DNA of 64,000 bases from Macrostomum lignano (taxonomy: Eukaryota): the NCBI GenBank assembly GCA_002269645.1, contig NIVC01001511.1:62001-126000 (forward strand). Reading direction: 5' to 3'. The notes under the pieces are model-generated. The model was given only the letters and a program-made list of their open reading frames with translations, did no database searches and was not told where the DNA came from. This document shows, piece by piece, positions 56,734 through 64,000 of this stretch; position 1 is the stretch's first letter, and each line of letters starts with the position of its first letter. The position numbers and the translations under genes are program-made.

Positions 56734-57056
56734 GAAGTCCACTTTCTAGCCGTTATTTATCATTGTTAACGCCTCGGTAGTTCGCTAAGTGTTAAAAGTA
56801 CTCCACTTGGAAATTGATCATTGAAAAATCTTTTTACGAAGCGTCAACAGAAACACCAAAATCAAATTAGTTTGATGACTGTCTTTGTGCCTCTCAAACT
56901 GGCTCTCAGTCTTTCCCAACCTGTTGCTACATTTTCCTATGGTTATGTACGATGATTAGCATGTAGTTTTTTACGTTAAATAGCGCAAATGGAAAAATAG
57001 GTATTCCGATGATCAGTGCCTGCGAGTCATTGTCTGCGCGGCGCTGGTTTAGTTGT

Positions 57057-57650
57057 CAGTGGGTGAGTGGGTCATTTAGTCAGTGGGTCTTTTAGTCAGT
57101 GGGTCATTTAGTCAGTGGGTCATTTAGTCAGTGGGTCATTTAGTCAGTGGGTCAGTGACAGTGGGTCTATGGGTCAGTGAGTCAGAGGGTCAGTGTGTCA
57201 GTAGGTCAGTAGGTCAGTGGGTCAGTGGGTCAGTGGGTCACTGGGTCACTGGGTCAGTAGGTCAGTAGGTCAGTGGGTCAGTGACAGTGGGTCATTGCGT
57301 CAGTCGTTCACTAACAGTGGGTCAGTAGGTTAGTGACAGTGGGTCAGTGGGTCAGTGGGTCAGTGGGTCAGTGGGTCAGTGGGTCAGTGGGTCAGTGGGT
57401 CAGTGGGTCAGTGGGTCAGTGGGTCAGTGGGTCAGTGGGTCAGTGGGTCAGTGGGTCAGTGGTTCAGTGGGTCAGGTGTCAGTAGGTCAGTGGGTCAGTG
57501 ACAGTGGGTCAGAGGGTCAGTGGGTCAGTGGGTCAGTGGGTCAGTGGGTCAGTGGGTCAGTGGGTCAGTGGGTCAGTGGGTCAGTGGTTCAGTGGGTCAG
57601 GTGTCAGTAGGTCAGTGGGTCAGTGACAGTGGGTCAGAGGGTCAGTGTCA
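57057..57650 (+). repeat. 8-bp (GTGGGTCA)n array
   Basis: Direct reading. Confidence 0.9.
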
Positions 57651-58077
57651 GTAATTATTGAAGTGAAATTGCAGCCGAAAGTGCCGCAGTCATATCCGGG
57701 TTTTAGCTGACAAGTTAGCCCAGCTCGTCACTAAAAGGCAGCCATTAGCCCAACCCAGTAACCCGATCCATCTTCAAGGACCAACAAAGCCCTCAGCAGT
57801 TCCCCTTTCGAATTAAATTTCCTTCTTTAGAGAGGGCTGTGAGCCGACTCGAAAGGAAAATAACCAAATTCGAAAAGAAATTTGACAAGCTTCTGAATTG
57901 AAGAAGCCCACCCGGGTTCTGAGAGAAAGCAGTGGCCCCACCTTCACTTCGGGCTGTCTGGGATGACTCTCTTTAGATGAAGTTCAAGCGACTCAGGTAC
58001 TGCAATGAACTGGGAAGGCACTGTAGAGTCAGTACGTCTTAAAATAGTCTGCTGTGGTACTGAGAGAGGCAGGTAGA

Positions 58078-58663
58078 CACAGGGAGACACAGGGAGACAC
58101 ATAGAGAGACACAGGGAGACACAGGGAGACACATGGAGAGACACAGGGAGACACAGGGAGACACATGGAGAGACACAGGGAGACACAGGGAGACACATGG
58201 AGAGACACAGGGAGACACAGGGAGACACATGGAGAGACACAGGGAGACACAGGGAGACACAGACAGAGTCAGGGAGACACAGGGAGACACAGGGAGACAC
58301 AATGAGAGACACAGGGAGACACAGGGAGACACATGGAGAGACACAGGGAGACACAAGGAGACACAGACAGAGAGTCAGGGAGACACAGGGAGACACAGAA
58401 AGAGAGTCAGGGAGACACAGGGAGACACAGACAGAGTCAGGGAGACACAGACAGAGTCAGGGAGACACAGGGAGACACAGGGAGACACAATGAGAGACAC
58501 AGGGAGACACAGGGAGACACATGGAGAGACACAGGGAGACACAAGGAGACACAGACAGAGAGTCAGGGAGACACAGGGAGACACAGAAAGAGAGTCAGGG
58601 AGACACAGAAAGAGAGTCAGGGAGACACAGGGAGACACAGACAGAGTCAGGGAGACACAGGGA
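58078..58663 (+). repeat. 10-bp (CACAGGGAGA)n composite array
   Basis: Direct reading. Confidence 0.9.
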
Positions 58664-59262
58664 GACGACGTCGGGATGATGACGGAATGCTTGAGAGACT
58701 AGCTGAGGGTGTCCGGCAGTTGAGGCTTGCCTACTGTCGAGGCTTGATCGGTGAAACTCGAGAAGTTCGCATCAAGGTGTTCATAGTCGCCTGGTGTCAT
58801 CTGTTGAAGGTGCCGACGGCGTCCGAGTGATGACTGAATGCTTGAGAGATTAGCTGAGGGTGTCCAGAAGTTGAGGCTTGCTCACTGTCGAGGCTTGATC
58901 AGCGAAACTAGAGAAATTCGCATCAAGGTGTTCATAGTCGCCTGGTGTCATCTGTTGAAGGTGCCGACGGCGTCGGGGTGATGACTGAATGCTTGAGAGA
59001 CTAGCTGAAGATGTTTCGCGGTTGAGGCTTGCCCATTGGCAAGGCTTGATCAGCGAAACTAGAGAAATTTGCATCAGGGTGTTCATAGTCACCTGGTGTA
59101 ATCCGTTGAAGGTGCCGACGGCGTCGGGGTGATGATGGAAGGCTCGAGAGACTAGCTGAGGATACCTAGCAGTTGAGGTATGCCCACTGTCGAGGCTTGA
59201 TCAGCGAAACTCGAGAAATTCGTATCAGAGTGTCCATAGTCACTTGGTGCCACCTGTTGAAG
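58664..59262 (+). repeat. Four tandem copies of a complex 151-bp unit
   Basis: Unit starts at 58664, 58815, 58966 and 59117 (GACGGCGTCGGGGTGATGAC...). Confidence 0.9.
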
Positions 59263-60002
59263 GTCCAGAAGCTCCGCCTGGGTGAAGGCTAGTGACCAAC
59301 GAAGTCAGAGCTGATGCAGACACATGTGGTCGACGTGCTGATGAACTTTGGAGACTTGGCAAGGCTGCACTGAGGCGCAGTGCTGATTGGCGCACAGGGG
59401 TGTACTGAATACACTAGCGCTTATGGGAAAAATCCGACCTTCTGGCAGAATCGTCGAATATCTCGACGGTCCGGAGGGCTGGCGACTTGATTCTTGTTTG
59501 AGAAGGTGCGCAACAAAAAGTTAGCCCGTGTTCTTGAATTTTGTGTGTCGGCGTTGCTCCGTTCCGGCGCAGCAAAAAAATTTGTCAGGGGGGGGGAAAT
59601 TTTTCCCCCCCCCTTGGTAGTTCTACTGTTAAATATCTTTTCTCTCCCGTGCTTCACCTCACAGCTAAAATACTCGCAGGTAAAAAGCTTTTTAGAGCAG
59701 TGGCAATAAATCATGGGCAGGCAAATTCGGCCTCTCTAATGTTGAGCTGCCATGGGCTTCTAATTGTAAAGTTGGAGTCCAACTGAGCCTGACTGTGTCA
59801 GCTGCGCCAGGATGCGATCTGGGCAGAGTCAATATTGAATCTGCAGGCTCCGGTTTCCCTTGGTTGCCTTCTTTTTATTTATCTATTTGGCTGTCTGTCA
59901 GCGACTTTTCTGTGCTAAGCTGGCCAACATGCAGCTCTGTGGTCAGTGTGTGATTTGATTATTTATTACCTGTCAAATGCATTGACTGTGTGCTTACCTA
60001 GC

Positions 60003-63000
60003 TGTCTGTTCTAGTGCCTGTTTGTCTTAGTACCTGTCTGTCTTAGTGTCTGTCTGTCTTAGTGCCTGTTTGTCTTAGTACCTGTCTGTCTTAGTGTCTG
60101 TCTGTCTTAGTGCCTGTCTGTCTTAGTGTCTGTCTGTCTTAGTACCTGTCTGTCTTAGTGTCTGTCTGTCTTAGTGCCTGTCTGTCTTAGTGTCTGTCTG
60201 TCTTAGTGCCTGTCTGTCTTAGTGTCTGTCTGTCTTTGTACCTGTCTGTCTTAGTGTCTGTCTGTCTAAGTGCCTGTCTGTCTTAGTGCCTGTCTGTCTT
60301 AGTGTCTGTCTGTCTTAGTACCTGTCTGTCTTAGTGTCTGTCTGTCTTAGTGCCTGTTTGTCTTAGTGCCTGTCTGTCTTAGTGCCTGTCTGTCTTAGTG
60401 TCTGTCTGTCTTAGTGCCTGTCTGTCTTAGTGCCTGTCTGTCTTAGTGTCTGTCTGTCTTTGTACCTGTCTGTCTTAGTGTCTGTCTGTCTTAGTGCCTG
60501 TCTGTCTTAGTGTCTGTCTGTCTTAGTGTCTGTCTGTCTTAGTGCCTGTCTGTCTTAGTACCTGTCTGTCTTTGTACCTGTCTGTCTTAGTGTCTGTCTG
60601 TCTTAGTGCCTGTCTGTCTTAGTGTCTGTCTGTCTTTGTACCTGTCTGTCTTAGTGTCTGTCTGTCTTAGTGCCTGTCTGTCTTAGTGTCTGTCTGTCTT
60701 AGTGTCTGTCTGTCTTAGTGTCTGTCTGTCTTAGTGCCTGTCTGTCTTAGTACCTGTCTGTCTTAGTGTCTGTCTGTCTTAGTGCCTGTCTGTCTTAGTG
60801 TCTGTCTGTCTTAGTACCTGTCTGTCTTAGTGTCTGTCTGTCTTAGTACCTGTCTGTCTTAGTGCCTGTCTGTCTTAGTGCCTGTCTGTCTTAGTGTCTG
60901 TCTGTCTTTGTACCTGTCTGTCTTAGTGTCTGTCTGTCTTAGTGCCTGTCTGTCTTTGTACCTGTCTGTCTTAGTGTCTGTCTGTCTTAGTGCCTGTCTG
61001 TCTTAGTACCTGTCTGTCTTTGTACCTGTCTGTCTTAGTGTCATTCTGTCTTAGTGCCTGTCTGTCTTAGTGTCTGTCTGTCTTAGTGCCTGTCTGTCTT
61101 AGTGTCGGTCTGTCTTAGTACCTGTCTGTCTTAGTGTCTGTCTGTCTTAGTGCCTGTCTGTCTTAGTGTCTGTCTGTCTTAGTGCCTGTCTGTCTTAGTG
61201 TCTGTCTGTCTTAGTACCTGTCTGTCTTAGTGTCTGTCTGTCTTAGTGTCTGTCTGTCTTAGTGCCTGTCTGTCTTAGTACCTGTCTGTCTTTGTACCTG
61301 TCTGTCTTAGTGTCTGTCTGTCTTAGTGCCTGTCTGTCTTAGTGTCTGTCTGTCTTAGTGTCTGTCTGTCTTAGTGCCTGTCTGTCTTAGTGTCTGTCTG
61401 TCTTAGTGCCTGTCTGTCTTAGTACCTGTCTGTCTTTGTACCTGTCTGTCTTAGTGTCTGTCTGTCTAAGTGCCTGTCTGTCTTAGTGCCTGTCTGTCTT
61501 AGTGTCTGTCTGTCTTAGTACCTGTCTGTCTTAGTGTCTGTCTGTCTTAGTGCCTGTCTGTCTTAGTGTCTGTCTGTCTTAGTGCCTGTCTGTCTTAGTG
61601 TCTGTCTGTCTTAGTGCCTGTCTGTCTTAGTACCTGTCTGTCTTTGTACCTGTCTGTCTTAGTGTCTGTCTGTCTTAGTGCCTGTCTGTCTTAGTGTCTG
61701 TCTGTCTTAGTGCCTGTCTGTCTTAGTGTCTGTCTGTCTTAGTACCTGTCTGTCTTAGTGCCTGTCTGTCTTAGTGCCTGTCTGTCTTAGTGTCTGTCTG
61801 TCTTTGTACCTGTCTGTCTTAGTGTCTGTCTGTCTTAGTGCCTGTCTGTCTTAGTGTCTGTCTGTCTTAGTGCCTGTCTGTCTTAGTGTCTGTCTGTCTT
61901 TGTACCTGTCTGTCTTAGTGTCTGTCTGTCTTAGTGCCTGTCTGTCTTAGTGTCTGTCTGTCTTAGTGTCTGTCTGTCTTAGTGCCTGTCTGTCTTAGTA
62001 CCTGTCTGTCTTTGTACCTGTCTGTCTTAGTGTCTGTCTGTCTTAGTGCCTGTCTGTCTTAGTGTCTGTCTGTCTTTGTACCTGTCTGTCTTAGTGTCTG
62101 TCTGTCTTAGTGCCTGTCTGTCTTAGTGCCTGTCTGTCTTAGTGTCTGTCTGTCTTAGTGTCTGTCTGTCTTAGTGCCTGTCTGTCTTAGTACCTGTCTG
62201 TCTTAGTGTCTGTCTGTCTTAGTGCCTGTCTGTCTTAGTGTCTGTCTGTCTTAGTGCCTGTCTGTCTTAGTGTCTGTCTGTCTTAGTACCTGTCTGTCTT
62301 AGTGCCTGTCTGTCTTAGTGCCTGTCTGTCTTAGTGTCTGTCTGTCTTTGTACCTGTCTGTCTTAGTGTCTGTCTGTCTTAGTGCCTGTCTGTCTTTGTA
62401 CCTGTCTGTCTTAGTGTCTGTCTGTCTTAGTGCCTGTCTGTCTTAGTACCTGTCTGTCTTTGTACCTGTCTGTCTTAGTGTCATTCTGTCTTAGTGCCTG
62501 TCTGTCTTAGTGTCTGTCTGTCTTAGTGCCTGTCTGTCTTAGTGTCGGTCTGTCTTAGTACCTGTCTGTCTTAGTGTCTGTCTGTCTTAGTGCCTGTCTG
62601 TCTTAGTGTCTGTCTGTCTTAGTGCCTGTCTGTCTTAGTGTCTGTCTGTCTTAGTACCTGTCTGTCTTAGTGTCTGTCTGTCTTAGTGTCTGTCTGTCTT
62701 AGTGCCTGTCTGTCTTAGTACCTGTCTGTCTTTGTACCTGTCTGTCTTAGTGTCTGTCTGTCTTAGTGCCTGTCTGTCTTAGTGTCTGTCTGTCTTAGTG
62801 CCTGTCTGTCTTAGTGTCTGTCTGTCTTAGTGCCTGTCTGTCTTAGTGTCGGTCTGTCTTAGTACCTGTCTGTCTTAGTGTCTGTCTGTCTTAGTGCCTG
62901 TCTGTCTTAGTGTCTGTCTGTCTTAGTGCCTGTCTGTCTTAGTGTCTGTCTGTCTTAGTACCTGTCTGTCTTAGTGCCTGTCTGTCTTAGTGTCTGTCTG

Positions 63001-63246
63001 TCTTTGTACCTGTCTGTCTTAGTGTCTGTCTGTCTTAGTGTCTGTCTGTCTTAGTGCCTGTCTGTCTTAGTACCTGTCTGTCTTAGTGTCTGTCTGTCTT
63101 AGTGCCTGTCTGTCTTAGTGTCTGTCTGTCTTAGTACCTGTCTGTCTTAGTGTCTGTCTGTCTTAGTGCCTGTCTGTCTTAGTGTCTGTCTGTCTTTGTA
63201 CCTGTCTGTCTTAGTGTCTGTCTGTCTTAGTACCTGTCTGTCTTAG

Positions 63247-63309
<63 letters not shown>

Positions 63310-63310
63310 A
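60003..63310 (+). repeat. About 3.3-kb composite satellite of 16/20-bp units (TGTCTGTCTTAGTGCC / ..GTGTC / ..GTACC / ..TTTGTACC) ending in (TCTG)n
   Basis: Direct reading; higher-order duplication with a 1440-bp offset. Confidence 0.92.
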
Positions 63311-64000
63311 TTAGTGTCTGTCTGTATTAGTGTCTGTCCGTCTGTCTGTCTGAATATCTGTCTAATCTTAGCATTTGTCTGTCCACCTGTCTACAGACTT
63401 TCTGTCATATCTAAAATCTCTGCATAAATGTAGCAGATGGGAAGGCATTCATAGGTTTGAATTCTCCAGCAATCAGTCCACGTGTTTACCAATGACCTGA
63501 CTGACCCTGGAATCAAGGTTTGAGTTCGAATAGCCAAGATCAAACCCCTTGTGCTCAGCTCAGCCCCAGAGCTCTTATCATTTTGTTTCGCTAATCAAGC
63601 ATGACGAAATTCCCTAGCGAATATCCGCTACCAGCGTGGCCTAAATATTTATTTTGAGTCTTTTACGAGCTAGTTTCTTTAAAATTTGTCTTAATTTTCT
63701 GTCAGCTTTCTGCAGAAAGTACAACTGCTTATTGCTAGATTTTTCTGTTCTGGAATTTTACACCCGAGAGGAAAATCAGAGCAACTGGAAATCCAATAGC
63801 CGCGGTGCAATGAGAACAGTAAAGGTTTGCACCTGCTCAAACTTTACAAGTGAGGTTTGCTGTCTGCGAGTGCCCGTACTGCAAAAAGACACGCCTGGGT
63901 CGCACAACTGAGAACAGTGCTTCCTGTAATCTCTCAGCGATACGGGGTGGGTTAATTGTGAGTGCATGTCAGCTACTGAGCAAGGGCTACCTTGAATAGA

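Noticed and set aside
57944-58067. Upstream coding exon of the NMDA-type gene
   Set aside because: It has an acceptor and a donor-like site, but all three frames contain a stop before the donor, so it cannot be threaded.
58664-59262. Hammerhead ribozyme in the 151-bp unit (CTGAAGA/CTGAGGA ... CGAAAC)
   Set aside because: Stem III and the first stem I pair do not form, and two of four units have CTGAGGG. An LRR-like reading (GTFNGLHQV) also fails because of stops and the 151-bp period.

Overview
Eukaryotic (animal) genomic DNA: GC-rich coding exons separated by introns that are mostly filled with locus-specific micro- and minisatellites. This style suggests a flatworm such as Macrostomum, which is my inference and was not checked. 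I can thread five protein-coding genes by hand with consistent splice phases. (1) A 5'-truncated + strand gene at 176-5565 with a degenerate peptidase-M15A/Hedgehog-N-like domain. (2) A + strand gene at 8097-11832 for an uncharacterised protein of four diverged ~100-aa repeats. (3) An intronless - strand DEG/ENaC channel at 17635-19797. (4) A ~15-exon - strand proline-rich protein with a C-terminal EF-hand-like module at 31693-40394. (5) A 5'-incomplete - strand NMDA-type (GluN3-like) glutamate receptor subunit at 45585-56504. There is also a full-length non-LTR retrotransposon (APE-RT-RNase H, Loa/I-group-like) at 23400-29310 with a 12-bp target-site duplication, a tRNA-derived CORE-like SINE, and about 35 tandem arrays. 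Several reading frames break at single bases in homopolymer runs, which points to long-read consensus errors as well as possible real decay. The most notable observations are an in-frame TGA plus non-canonical pore and ligand residues in the NMDA-type subunit, a Thr at the degenerin position of the DEG/ENaC channel, and the M15A-like domain with altered zinc ligands. All family assignments come from motif recognition by eye, not database searches.
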